Of a DNA stretch of 64,000 nt, positions 53,192 through 63,014 are shown one piece after another (within the stretch, counting starts at the first letter, position 1; every line of letters begins with the position of its first letter). Source of the DNA: an uncultured Armatimonadetes bacterium (GTDB lineage Bacteria; Armatimonadota; UBA5829; DTJY01); assembly GCA_963717145.1 (NCBI GenBank), contig OY970325.1, positions 3,488,001-3,552,000 on the forward strand, given 5' to 3'. The notes under the pieces are model-generated. The model searched no databases. It saw nothing but the letters and a program-made list of their open reading frames with translations, and was not told where the DNA came from. The translations under genes were made by a program, and so were the position numbers.

Positions 53192-53569
53192 ATGACAATC
53201 GTCTTCTTCCGAGATCATGACGGTTCGGTGCCTGTCAAGGAGTGGTTGGATGGCGAAGTGGCAAAGCGAGATAGCCGTATTGCCGCCAAGTGCCGAGTTC
53301 GTATCGCTCTGCTCAAAGAACAGGGTCACTCGCTCCGCCGACCATTTGCCGATTATCTACGTGACGGGATCTATGAGTTACGGATAGCCTTCGGACGAGT
53401 CAACTACCGTATACTCTACTTCTTCCAGAAGGATAATCAAGCGGTCGTTCTCGCGCACGGACTCACCAAGGAAGACGATGTGCCGGATAGGGATATTGAC
53501 CTTGCCATGCAACGGAAGGCGATCTTCGAATCTGATCCGGAAAGGCACACTTACTATGAAACAGGATAG
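53192..53569 (+). CDS. RelE/ParE-superfamily (HigB-like) toxin
   Basis: PVKEWL, LRRP....LRDGIYELR, YRILYFF, LAHG..K. Confidence 0.9.
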   Translation: MTIVFFRDHDGSVPVKEWLDGEVAKRDSRIAAKCRVRIALLKEQGHSLRRPFADYLRDGIYELRIAFGRVNYRILYFFQKDNQAVVLAHGLTKEDDVPDRDIDLAMQRKAIFESDPERHTYYETG

Positions 53570-53882
53570 AAAGCGAATGACAGATGCTGTCGAGATAATG
53601 GATCGCAGCTACGGCGGGAGCCCGGATTGGGACAGGCTTGTTGCAGAAGAAGCACTCAAAGTGAGTGTTGGGCAGCTAGTCTATGACCTCCGGCAGGAAG
53701 CCGGGCTTTCGCAGACAAAGCTTGCCGATCTCGTGGGCACCAGCCAGTCGATCATTTCCAAGGTCGAGAATGCGGACTACGAAGGCAGCGCCCTGGAGAT
53801 TCTCTCGCGCGTCTGCTTTGCCCTCCATCGAAGCATAAGCGTCGGGCGGAAGAAAGACGGCCCGGTTGCCGTTGCCTGCTAG
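53556..53882 (+). CDS. XRE-HTH antitoxin (HigA-like)
   Basis: LRQEAGLSQTKLADLVGTSQSIISKVE; overlaps the toxin 3' end. Confidence 0.9.
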   Translation: MKQDRKRMTDAVEIMDRSYGGSPDWDRLVAEEALKVSVGQLVYDLRQEAGLSQTKLADLVGTSQSIISKVENADYEGSALEILSRVCFALHRSISVGRKKDGPVAVAC

Positions 53883-53894
53883 CTGTTTCATTGG

Positions 53895-55262
53895 CTACTT
53901 CGCCTGGGGCGCCTTCTTCAGGAAAAAACTCGGCAGAGGCCCGTTATCGACCTCCGCTAGCTCAGCGCGAAAGGAGTATTCCACATCCTTGTTACCAGGA
54001 TCGGCTTTCCCTTTGCTCGATCTAAACGCGAGGTCGAATCTCCTCAACTGCCCCCGTTCATTCACCCACAATGTCAGAGTGTTAACGCCGGACACCCAAT
54101 AGCCGGCCGGACCTGGTAAGTCCCTTTCGAGGACCATTACATCGGTCTTTTCCCCACCAATAGATTCCTGACCCTGATGTGACACTTTGGAAAATGTGTC
54201 GGCAATCTGGAACCCCTGGAACAATTGGGGGATGATAATGAGGTAGCCGAACGCGGGATCGACCAATGCACCGCCGTATTGGTCTGCATCACTCTTGGAT
54301 AGGGGTGACAACCTGCGAGGCTCTTCAATGTCGCTGCCATACAAATCGGGGGATTGGAAATACACCTGGTAAGTGCCGAACTTCCGATCATCCAGAGTCT
54401 TGGCATCAAGGCCCATGTTTCTCGTCATGCTGACGGTAAGCACGGCTGTTTTCAGGCCGGTATAGTGTTTTGTCATCCGCCGCATCACTTCCTGACCCGT
54501 CGGCGTGCTCCCCGGCATTGTTCCTGGTAGCGATTTGCTCCCTTGCACTTTGCTCAGGAATGAACTCGGCAGAGGACCGTCTTCAACTACGCTGATGTCC
54601 GTACGGTATGAGTTGATGAGGTCCTTGGCCTTGAGATTGGGGTTGCTGAATGTGGCAGTGAGGGCGACCTCGAACCTCTTCAGCTGCCCCAGTTGGTTTA
54701 CCCACAGTGTGACGACTGTTGAGCCCCCAACCCCGAAGTTGGTTCCCTCATCTCTCTCGAAAACGACCACATCCGCCCTTTCCCCGCTTAAGGGCTTCTG
54801 ACCTTTGTAGGCCACTTTGGGAAATGTTTCGGCGATCTGGAAGCCCTGGAATAACTGGGGGATAATGATCAGACGGCCGACGGCCGGATTCTCCAGGGCA
54901 CGGCCTAGTTCGTCCACCTGGCTCTTCGACAACGGTGACAATCTCCGAGGCTCTTCAGTGTCGCTGCCATACAGATCGGGAGACTGGAAACAGGCCCGGT
55001 ATGGGAGAAGTTTCTCCTCGTCGCCAGCCTTGCCGTCAACGACCGAGCTTGTGATCGTCTCTGCAGTCAACACCGCCGTCTGCAGGCTGGCATAGTGCTT
55101 TCTCATCCGCCCCATCACTACCTGAACCCTGGATGAGCCTCCCTGGACAGTCTCTTTGACGGCGTTCACCTCCTGGCTGCACACTCCGACACTCCCCGTC
55201 GCGACCACCAAGCACACGCATACGGTGAGCCACACTAGCGAAAACAAGCAAACGCTTTTCAT
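53895..55262 (-). CDS. Secreted protein with two tandem LolA/DUF2092-like domains
   Basis: Signal peptide; internal duplication (FQSPDLYGSD.EEPRRLSPLSKS and LIIIPQLFQGFQIA.TF each occur twice). Confidence 0.7.
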   Translation of the reverse strand: MKSVCLFSLVWLTVCVCLVVATGSVGVCSQEVNAVKETVQGGSSRVQVVMGRMRKHYASLQTAVLTAETITSSVVDGKAGDEEKLLPYRACFQSPDLYGSDTEEPRRLSPLSKSQVDELGRALENPAVGRLIIIPQLFQGFQIAETFPKVAYKGQKPLSGERADVVVFERDEGTNFGVGGSTVVTLWVNQLGQLKRFEVALTATFSNPNLKAKDLINSYRTDISVVEDGPLPSSFLSKVQGSKSLPGTMPGSTPTGQEVMRRMTKHYTGLKTAVLTVSMTRNMGLDAKTLDDRKFGTYQVYFQSPDLYGSDIEEPRRLSPLSKSDADQYGGALVDPAFGYLIIIPQLFQGFQIADTFSKVSHQGQESIGGEKTDVMVLERDLPGPAGYWVSGVNTLTLWVNERGQLRRFDLAFRSSKGKADPGNKDVEYSFRAELAEVDNGPLPSFFLKKAPQAK

Positions 55263-55311
55263 GAGAGCCTCCTCTTCTGAGAACATATTCGGGCTCCATG
55301 CCGGAGTTCCC

Positions 55312-56778
55312 GTAACAGTTCAGGCTTAGGGATTATTTTGTCTGTAAGAAGAAGGAACCTGCTGGGAGCGTCTCGAACCAAGGAGTGTGAGCGAGCAATC
55401 CAAGCCGACATACGAGGAGCTTGAGGCCAGGGTCAGCCAGTTGGAAGGTCTAGTTCCCCAACTCGTGGCGCGTATCGGCGACCTGGAGAAGGAGAACGAA
55501 GACCTTCGCGCCAGGCTTTCCGGCGGTGATGGCAGTTCCCCATCCGTGCCTGACTGGGTGAAGCCGAACCGCAAAGAGCGCCGGGCAGCTGAACGAAAGA
55601 AGCGCAAGAAGTCGTTCGTGCGCAGGCGGGAGACACCCACCCGTGTAGTCGAGCACGCGCACTCGAAGTGTCCGGACTGCGGCCGAGCGCTCACAGGGGG
55701 CACGGTAAAGAGACTCCGCCAAGTCATCGACATCCCCATCGTGCCTGTGGACGTAGTCGAGCACAGGTTCATCGCCAGAAGATGCGGATACTGTGGCAAG
55801 AGTCATGTGCCGAAGGTTGACCTTTCCGGCCAGGTTGTAGGCAAGCATCGGGTAGGCGTGAACCTGATGAGCCTGATATCGTATCTTTCGACGGTAGGTC
55901 GCATGACAAAGCGGACGATACAGGGATTGCTGAAGGCTCTGTATGGTCTTCAGCTCTCTGTGGGAGAGATAAGCGAGATATTGCACACGGTGGCAGACTG
56001 TGGCAAAAAAGAGAAAGAGCGGCTACTCTCGCTTGTACGTGGAAGCCCATACATAAACGCAGACGAGACGGGCTGGAGAGAGGATGGGCTGAACGGATAC
56101 ATCTGGACCTTCTCCACTAAGAACGTGCGCTACTTCATCTACCGGCGGAGTCGGAGTGGAGAGATCCCGAAGGAAACGATAGGCGGCGACTACGAAGGGG
56201 TAGTGGTAACGGATTGCTATGCCGGATACAACCCGGTAGTTGCAGACCGCCAGATATGCTGGGCACATCTGGCCAGGGATCTGCACAAACTGAAGGAGAG
56301 GAACGCGGACGACACGGGCGTCATCGCATGGGCGGATGCGGTGAAGGGTGTTTACGATCGGGCAAAGGAGTTCCGGAGCAAGAAGGCGGAGGTTCGCAAG
56401 TGGAAGCGAGTACTCTTCGAGGAAGAGGTAGAGGCGCTCTCAGGTCCGTATGTCGGCTCAGATGCTCCACAGCAGACGCTGGCAAAGAGATTCATAGATC
56501 GCTTGCACGAGTTGTTCATGTTCGTAGAGTACCCGGAAGTACCGTCGGACAACAATGGCGCAGAACGAGCGCTGAGGCCGTGTGTGATCGCCCGCAAGGT
56601 ATGCGGAGGCACACGAAGCGCGAAGGGTTCCGAGACAAAGATGACGCTCATGAGTCTGTTTGGCACATGGCACGTCAGGGGTCTGGACATGCTCGAATCA
56701 TGCAGGCAACTGCTCGCAGGCAAGTCTGTCCTCTTCCCTGCCTGATCAAACTCGTTATCCCCAAGCGTGAACTGTTAC
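55312..56778 (+). mobile_element. IS66-family element, copy 2, 1467 bp
   Basis: Same length, TIRs and translated ORFs as copy 1; target duplication GAGTTCCC at 55304-55311 and 56779-56786. Confidence 0.95.
55387..56745 (+). CDS. IS66 transposase
   Basis: Protein identical to 33797-35155. Confidence 0.95.
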   Translation: MSEQSKPTYEELEARVSQLEGLVPQLVARIGDLEKENEDLRARLSGGDGSSPSVPDWVKPNRKERRAAERKKRKKSFVRRRETPTRVVEHAHSKCPDCGRALTGGTVKRLRQVIDIPIVPVDVVEHRFIARRCGYCGKSHVPKVDLSGQVVGKHRVGVNLMSLISYLSTVGRMTKRTIQGLLKALYGLQLSVGEISEILHTVADCGKKEKERLLSLVRGSPYINADETGWREDGLNGYIWTFSTKNVRYFIYRRSRSGEIPKETIGGDYEGVVVTDCYAGYNPVVADRQICWAHLARDLHKLKERNADDTGVIAWADAVKGVYDRAKEFRSKKAEVRKWKRVLFEEEVEALSGPYVGSDAPQQTLAKRFIDRLHELFMFVEYPEVPSDNNGAERALRPCVIARKVCGGTRSAKGSETKMTLMSLFGTWHVRGLDMLESCRQLLAGKSVLFPA

Positions 56779-56817
56779 GAGTTCCCTGCCGGGCGGGCGA
56801 TCGGGTATAATGAGCGC

Positions 56818-58209
56818 ATGAGCAGGCAGGGACCGAACGTCATATTCATCACCACCGACCATCAGCGCTATGATTGTGTGGGCGCGAACGGCAACCCGCA
56901 GATCCGGACGCCGGTGCTCGACCGCCTGGCGTCCGAGGGAGTCAGCCTCGACCGGTGCTACGTCCAGAACCCGCTGTGCATGCCGTCGCGCGCCTCGATC
57001 TGGACCGGCAGATACCCGCAGAACCATCGCGTGACCGACAACGGCATCGCGCTCCCCAAGCACGAGATGACGATGCCGCGCGCGTTCAGTCAGGCGGGCT
57101 ATCGGACCGTGAACATCGGCAAGCTCCACTTCCTCCCGCACTACGGGCGAGATCACACGCAGAACGACCGCGAGTACTCCGGCTACGGCTATGACACCAA
57201 CCTGCTCTCCGACGAGCCGGGCTGCTACCGTGATGCCTACATCCGCTGGATCGAGAAGGTCGCCCCGGAACACCTCGAGGCGGTCCGTGTGCCGGTACCA
57301 GTCCCGGGCAAGGAGAATGGGCGGAACCACTTCCAGGGATGGGTCTTCGGCGCGCCGGAGGAGTTCAGCCATCCCGCGTGGATCGCTCACGAGGCGTGCA
57401 AGTTCATCTCGGCGTATGAGGATAGGCCGTTCTTCCTGAGCCTCGGGTTCTACGCGCCTCATCCGCCGCTCAATCCGCCGCAGCGGTATCTCGATCTCTA
57501 CGATCCGAAGTCGCTCCCTCTGCCGAAGCAGCATCCGGCTGATATGGAGAAGAGCGCGCTCCGGGACATCACTCCGCACCAGTGGCGGGAGGATATCGCG
57601 TACTTCTACGCCATGTGCAGCCTGGTGGATCACCACGTCGGCCGCGTGATCGAGGCCCTCGATGAGAACGGCCTGCTCGACGACACGCTCATCGTGTTCA
57701 TGAGCGATCACGGGGACGCGCTCGGCGAGCATGGGATGGTGAACAAGGGTCCGTCGAACTACGAGTCGATCGTGCGGGTGCCGTGCATCATGTGCTGGCC
57801 GGATGGACTTCCGGCAGGGAGGCGCGTCTCGGGGCTGGTAGAGGCGGTGGATATCTTCCCGACTCTCTGCGAGCTGACCGAGGTGCCGATACCCAAGGGC
57901 GTCAAGGGTCGAGACATGGCATCACTCCTGAGGGGCGAAACCGATCAGGGCCGGGAGAGCGTCCTAATCGAGCACAAGAACCCGACCACCGGCTTCTCGG
58001 TCAAGACGCTTCGGACGGAGGAGTTCAAGTATTTCCGCTACAACGACGACCGCGAGGTGCTCTACGACCTGCGCGAGGAGGACGAGGAGGTCTTCAACCG
58101 CGCGGACGACCCGAAGTACGCCTCCGACATCGCGCTCCTCCGCGGCCAACTGCTCTCCCGCCTCATCGCCGCCGAAGAGGACCTCCCTGAGAAGACGCAT
58201 CCGTACTAG
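56818..58209 (+). CDS. Sulfatase (formylglycine-dependent S1 family)
   Basis: PNVIFITTD, CMPSR (CxPxR), GKLH, SDHG. Confidence 0.95.
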   Translation: MSRQGPNVIFITTDHQRYDCVGANGNPQIRTPVLDRLASEGVSLDRCYVQNPLCMPSRASIWTGRYPQNHRVTDNGIALPKHEMTMPRAFSQAGYRTVNIGKLHFLPHYGRDHTQNDREYSGYGYDTNLLSDEPGCYRDAYIRWIEKVAPEHLEAVRVPVPVPGKENGRNHFQGWVFGAPEEFSHPAWIAHEACKFISAYEDRPFFLSLGFYAPHPPLNPPQRYLDLYDPKSLPLPKQHPADMEKSALRDITPHQWREDIAYFYAMCSLVDHHVGRVIEALDENGLLDDTLIVFMSDHGDALGEHGMVNKGPSNYESIVRVPCIMCWPDGLPAGRRVSGLVEAVDIFPTLCELTEVPIPKGVKGRDMASLLRGETDQGRESVLIEHKNPTTGFSVKTLRTEEFKYFRYNDDREVLYDLREEDEEVFNRADDPKYASDIALLRGQLLSRLIAAEEDLPEKTHPY

Positions 58210-58325
58210 CTGTCGGACCAGTCTGACATGTCCGACCTGTCCCCCTCGGAAGGAATCCCTGCTCGCCAACCCGAACTAACCAGAAAGCCATTTGCGGTGG
58301 AAAACCCTATCTCGGAGGAATCATA

Positions 58326-59423
58326 GTGCTCGATATCACACCACGCGTGCTCATGGGCCCGGGCCCGAGCAACTGCGACCCGCAGGTCCTTCAGGCGATG
58401 GCGATGCCGACCCTCGGCCACCTCGACCCTGATTTCATCAAGATCATGGAGAACACCAAGGCGATGCTCCGCCGGGTCATGCTCACGGAGAACGAGCTGA
58501 CGATCCCCGTCTCCGGCACCGGAAGCGCCGGCATGGAGGCCGCGATCTGCAACCTCGTCGAGCCGGGCGACCGCGTCGTCGTCTGCGTGAACGGAGTCTT
58601 CGGCACGCGCATGGTCGACGTCTGCGGACGATACGGCGCGGAGGTCATCCAGGTCACTGCGCCCTGGGGAGAGCCGATCGATCCCAAGGATGTTCAAAAG
58701 GCGGTCGCGGGCGGTGGAATCAAGCTGGTCGGGATCGTCCATGCGGAGACCTCGACGGGCGTGCTCCAGCCGATCGAGGAGATCTCGAAGATCGTCCACG
58801 ACGCCGGCGCGCTCTTCGTGGTCGATACGGTCACATCGCTCGGAGGCCATCCGGTCCGGGTCGATGACTGGAAGATCGACGCGTGCTACTCCGGCACCCA
58901 GAAGTGCCTCAGCATCCCGCCGGGCCTCGCGCCGATCTCGTTCTCACCGGCGGCGGTCGAGGTGCTCTCGAACAGGAAGACCAAGGTCGCGAACTGGTAT
59001 CTCGACATGAATTTCATCAAGAGCTACTGGGGGCAGGACCGGGTCTACCATCACACCGCGCCGATCAACGCGATTTACGGCTTCCATGAGGGCCTGCGCC
59101 TGATCCTCGACGAGGGCCTGGAGGCTCGATGGGCGAGGCACAAGGCGAACCACAAGCTGCTGGTCGCCGGCCTGTCGGAGATGGGCATGGGGATGTTGGC
59201 CGAGCATAAGTACCGCCTCTGGAGCCTGAACGCGGTCTGCATTCCCGACGGAGCGGACGACGTGGCGGTCCGGAAGCAGTTGCTCACCGACTACAACATC
59301 GAGATCGGCGGCGGACTCGGCGACTTGAAGGGCAAGGTGTGGCGCGTCGGCCTGATGGGTGTCAGCTCGACGCCGAACAACGTGATCCTTCTCCTCGGCG
59401 CGCTGAAGACGATACTCGGATAG
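58326..59423 (+). CDS. Alanine/serine-glyoxylate aminotransferase (class V)
   Basis: [31 protein letters not shown]. Confidence 0.93.
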   Translation: MLDITPRVLMGPGPSNCDPQVLQAMAMPTLGHLDPDFIKIMENTKAMLRRVMLTENELTIPVSGTGSAGMEAAICNLVEPGDRVVVCVNGVFGTRMVDVCGRYGAEVIQVTAPWGEPIDPKDVQKAVAGGGIKLVGIVHAETSTGVLQPIEEISKIVHDAGALFVVDTVTSLGGHPVRVDDWKIDACYSGTQKCLSIPPGLAPISFSPAAVEVLSNRKTKVANWYLDMNFIKSYWGQDRVYHHTAPINAIYGFHEGLRLILDEGLEARWARHKANHKLLVAGLSEMGMGMLAEHKYRLWSLNAVCIPDGADDVAVRKQLLTDYNIEIGGGLGDLKGKVWRVGLMGVSSTPNNVILLLGALKTILG

Positions 59424-59437
59424 GTCACAGGCAATAC

Positions 59438-59534
59438 CGTGTAGCCTAGCCCTTTATGGGCGTTCGCCGTGAGACAAGGACACCCATGATAGGCCAGGCT
59501 CACGGCGAACGCCCATAAAGGGCTAGGCTACACG
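59438..59534. repeat. GTAG-type REP doublet (36-bp perfect arms)
   Basis: Same arm sequence as 29347-29416. Confidence 0.92.
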
Positions 59535-59541
59535 TTCTCAG

Positions 59542-61628
59542 ATGCAGGTTATGTCCAAAGCTATGGCAAGTCTTACTGACCGCCTGCGCGCGGTGATGCC
59601 CCATGACGCCGTGGTGGACGATCCCCTGCGGCTGTCGTTCTACGGCTACGACGGCACGTTCTACGAGGGGATGCCGGATGTCGCCATCCTGCCCGAGACG
59701 ACCGAGCAGGTCTCCGCGGCCGTCAAGCTGTGCGCTGAAGCGGGGATCCCGATCGTCCCGCGTGGAGCGGCGACCTGTCTCAGCGGCGGGCCGGTCCCTG
59801 TGCGGGGCGGGGCGGTGTTTTCGTTCACACGCATGGACCGCATCCTCGACCTCGACTATGCCAATCAGCGCGCGGTCGTTCAGCCCGGAGTCGTCAACCT
59901 CCAGTTCCAGAACATCCTCGCGAAGAACCGGTTCTTCTACGCGCCCGATCCCGCGAGCCAGTGCGTGTGCACCCTCGGCGGCAACGTCGGCGAGAACTCC
60001 GGCGGCCCTCACTGCCTGAAGTACGGAGTGACCGCCAACCATATCCTCGGCCTGACGATGGTGCTGCCCGACGGATCGATCCTGCGAGACCGCCCTCGAT
60101 CAGCCGGGATACGACCTCACCGGCGTGATCGTCGGCAGCGAGGGGACATTCGGCCTCGTGACCGAGATCGTCTGCCGGATCATGCCGCTCCCCGAGGCGG
60201 TCGTCACTATGCTGGCGGTCTTCGATACCCTCGACGGCGCGAGCCGTTCGGTCTCGGGCATCATCGCCGAGGGGATCATCCCCGCCACGCTCGAGATGAT
60301 GGACAACACGACGATCCGCGCGGTCGAGAAGCATCTCAGCGCCGGGTATCCGGTCGACGCGGAGGCGGTCCTGCTGATCGAACTCGACGGGCCCGAAGGG
60401 AACGCTCCCGGACCAGGTGAACCGGGTCGCGCAGGTCTGCAACAAGAACGCGGTCCGCGACTTCCGGGTCGCTGAGGATGAGGCCGAGCGCGCGCTCCTC
60501 TGGAAGGGTCGAAAAGGCGCATTCGGGGCGGTCGTCAACATCGCGCCGAGCAAGATCTGCACCGACATCTCAGTCCCGCGCACCGAACTCCCGAAGGCGC
60601 TGGCGGCCGTGGTCGAGATTGGCCGAAAGCACGACATCCCGATCGCGAATGTGTTCCATGCGGGTGACGGAAACCTCCATCCGCTGATTCTCTTCGACCC
60701 GCGCGATGAGGACCAGCTGCGAAGGGCGAGGGCCGCCGATCAGGAGATCACGCAACTCGCCCTCGATTACGGGGGTGTCCTCACCGGCGAGCACGGGATC
60801 GGCTGCGGGAAGCGCAAGCACATGACGCGGATGTTCGGCCCGTCGGAGCTTCGGCTGATGCACCGGATCAAGGATGTCTTCGACCCGGAACACCGCTGCA
60901 ACCCCGACAAGATCCTCCCCGATCTGAGCGAGATCGCCGAGCCGGACCTGCCCGATCTGACCATCCGCGCGCTCGATCTTCAGCCGCTCGATCAGGATGC
61001 GGTCAGGATCACACTCGCGGTGGCGAATCGCGATGGGAAGAGGCTCTTCATTCGAAGCTCGGCCGCGAGGTCGTCTGCGCCGGATGACAGGCTTGTGCTG
61101 CACCTCGACCGCTTGAACCGGATCATCCGGCACGACCATGAGAACCTGACTGTCACCGCCGAGTGTGGAGTAACCCTGCGCGCGCTTGATGAGATGCTTG
61201 CCGCCAAACAGCAGATGCTCCCGTGCCGGCCGCCCTTCTCTGAGCATGAGACTCTCGGCGGAATGATCGCCGCTCAGGAGTCCGGGCCGAGTCGGCTGCT
61301 CTACGGTACGCCCAGGGACTTCGTCACCGGTATCAAAGCGGCTCTCCCCAGCGGCGAGATCGTCTCGTTCGGCGGATCGTGCGTGAAGAACGTTGCGGGA
61401 TATGCGGTCGAGAAGCTGCTAATCGGGTCGAGGGGGACCCTGGCGGCGATCCTCGAGGTCACCTTGCGAACCGTGCCTCGGTCTGCTATGGAGTGCGGAA
61501 GCGAAGTCTGCGGAGCTTCCGCTTTTGACATGCAACCGACTGAAAGCGGAAGCTCCGCAGACTTCGCTTCCGCACTCCATACGCGAATCAAGCGCGCATT
61601 CGACCCGAATGGGGTTCTACCGGAATGA
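59542..61628 (+). CDS. glcD: Glycolate oxidase GlcD-like subunit fused to a truncated GlcE-like FAD domain (frameshifts near 60090 and 60410)
   Basis: PRGAAT.LSGG, PDPAS, ENSGGPHCLKYG, GSEGT.G, HAGDGNLHP, GEHGIG; then VKNVAGY...LIGSRGTL and IKRAFDP. Confidence 0.8.
61487..61581. repeat. Intragenic perfect inverted repeat (39-bp arms, TGGAGTGCG family)
   Basis: 61487-61525 versus 61543-61581, within the glcE-like reading frame. Confidence 0.92.
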
Positions 61629-62899
61629 GAGACCCGGACTTCATCGAATCTGAGCTGAGCAGGTGCAACAAGTGCGGCTACTGCATGCAGAGTTGCCCGA
61701 TCTACCGCACGACTCGCAGGGAGTCGCAGGTCGCGCGCGCCCGGAATCAGACCGTGCGAGCGATCACCGAGGGCAACGCGGAAGTCACCCGCGAGATGCT
61801 CGAGCCGTTCTTCGACTGCCTCCTCTGCGGCGCGTGCACTACCGACTGCTTCGGGCGGGTCGAGACGAAGGAGCTGATGGTCCGCGCACGCGAGGCTTTC
61901 AACGCCGAATTCGGCGACCCGGCGGTCCGGAAGTACATCTTCCGGACACTCCTCGCCGATCCGCAGATGCTCTCCACGATGGTCCGGCTGGCGAGGCTCG
62001 GCAAGCGGACCGGCATCTCGACCACCGCTCGGAACCTTGGACTCCTGCGCTGGCTCGGTCCCTCGCTCGACGCCGCGGAGGGCCTGGTGACCTCGATGCC
62101 GCCCCAGTTCCTGCGAGAGAAGCTCGTCGGCCTGGGCTTCAAAGACGTCGAGGGAGTCATGCGGCTCGATCCCGAGCACGCCACCGGTCCGCACGTCGCA
62201 TACTTCATTGGTTGCGCCACGAATTTCCAGCTCCCGGGCATGGGTGAGGCGGCGATCAGGGTGCTCTCCGCCGCCGGATGCCGGGTCACGATCGCCCCGA
62301 ACGTCTGCTGCGGGCTGCCTCCATACTCCTACGGCGACATCGAAGGCGCGCACGACCTCGCCCGAATGAACGTCGAGCTGTTCGCCGGCCTCGACTTCGA
62401 TCTGCTGGTGACCGAGTGCGGGAGTTGCAGCAGCTTCGTGAAGGAGTGGGCACGCCTGCTCCCGGATTCCCCCGAGGCCGCGGACCTGTCCGCCCGGACC
62501 CGCGACCTGACCGAACTCCTGGCGACTCTCACGCTGCCCAAGCCTCAGACCACCGGCGGGATCGTGACCTACCACGACCCGTGTCATCTCGGACGCGGGC
62601 AGGGAATCACCGACGCGCCGAGGAAGCTGCTCGTCGATGCCGGCGGTTTCGAGCTGGTGGAGATGGCGGAGTCGAACTGGTGCTGCGGGGGCGCGGGGTC
62701 ATACAACCTGAGCCATCCGGAGCTGTCGAAGGAGGTCCTCGCGCGCAAGATGAGCCGAATCGAGGAGACCGGCGCGGAGATCATCTCGACCGCGTGCCCG
62801 GCCTGCATCATCCAGCTCGACTTCGGCGCGCGCTCCCACTGCCCTCAGCGCCCTGTCCGGCACATCATCGAACTCCTCGCCGAACGCCTCGGGCTCTGA
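61625..62899 (+). CDS. glcF: Glycolate oxidase Fe-S subunit GlcF-like
   Basis: Two CxxCxxCxxxC motifs, two CCG domains, YHDPCHL. Confidence 0.85.
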   Translation: MRDPDFIESELSRCNKCGYCMQSCPIYRTTRRESQVARARNQTVRAITEGNAEVTREMLEPFFDCLLCGACTTDCFGRVETKELMVRAREAFNAEFGDPAVRKYIFRTLLADPQMLSTMVRLARLGKRTGISTTARNLGLLRWLGPSLDAAEGLVTSMPPQFLREKLVGLGFKDVEGVMRLDPEHATGPHVAYFIGCATNFQLPGMGEAAIRVLSAAGCRVTIAPNVCCGLPPYSYGDIEGAHDLARMNVELFAGLDFDLLVTECGSCSSFVKEWARLLPDSPEAADLSARTRDLTELLATLTLPKPQTTGGIVTYHDPCHLGRGQGITDAPRKLLVDAGGFELVEMAESNWCCGGAGSYNLSHPELSKEVLARKMSRIEETGAEIISTACPACIIQLDFGARSHCPQRPVRHIIELLAERLGL

Positions 62900-63014
62900 T
62901 CTAAGGCACGCCGGGTTCACGTCTTCGCCAGCCATGGTGGTTTCGACGTGTCAGCGGCAGGGCACTTGGCGGAAAGTCGGGTCGCCTACGACTGGATATC
63001 AGACGGGCAGGGGA

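Noticed and set aside
33722-56778. A composite transposon bounded by the IS66 copies
   Set aside because: Each copy has its own matching target duplication, and the outer flanks (CCTGCATT versus GAGTTCCC) do not match.
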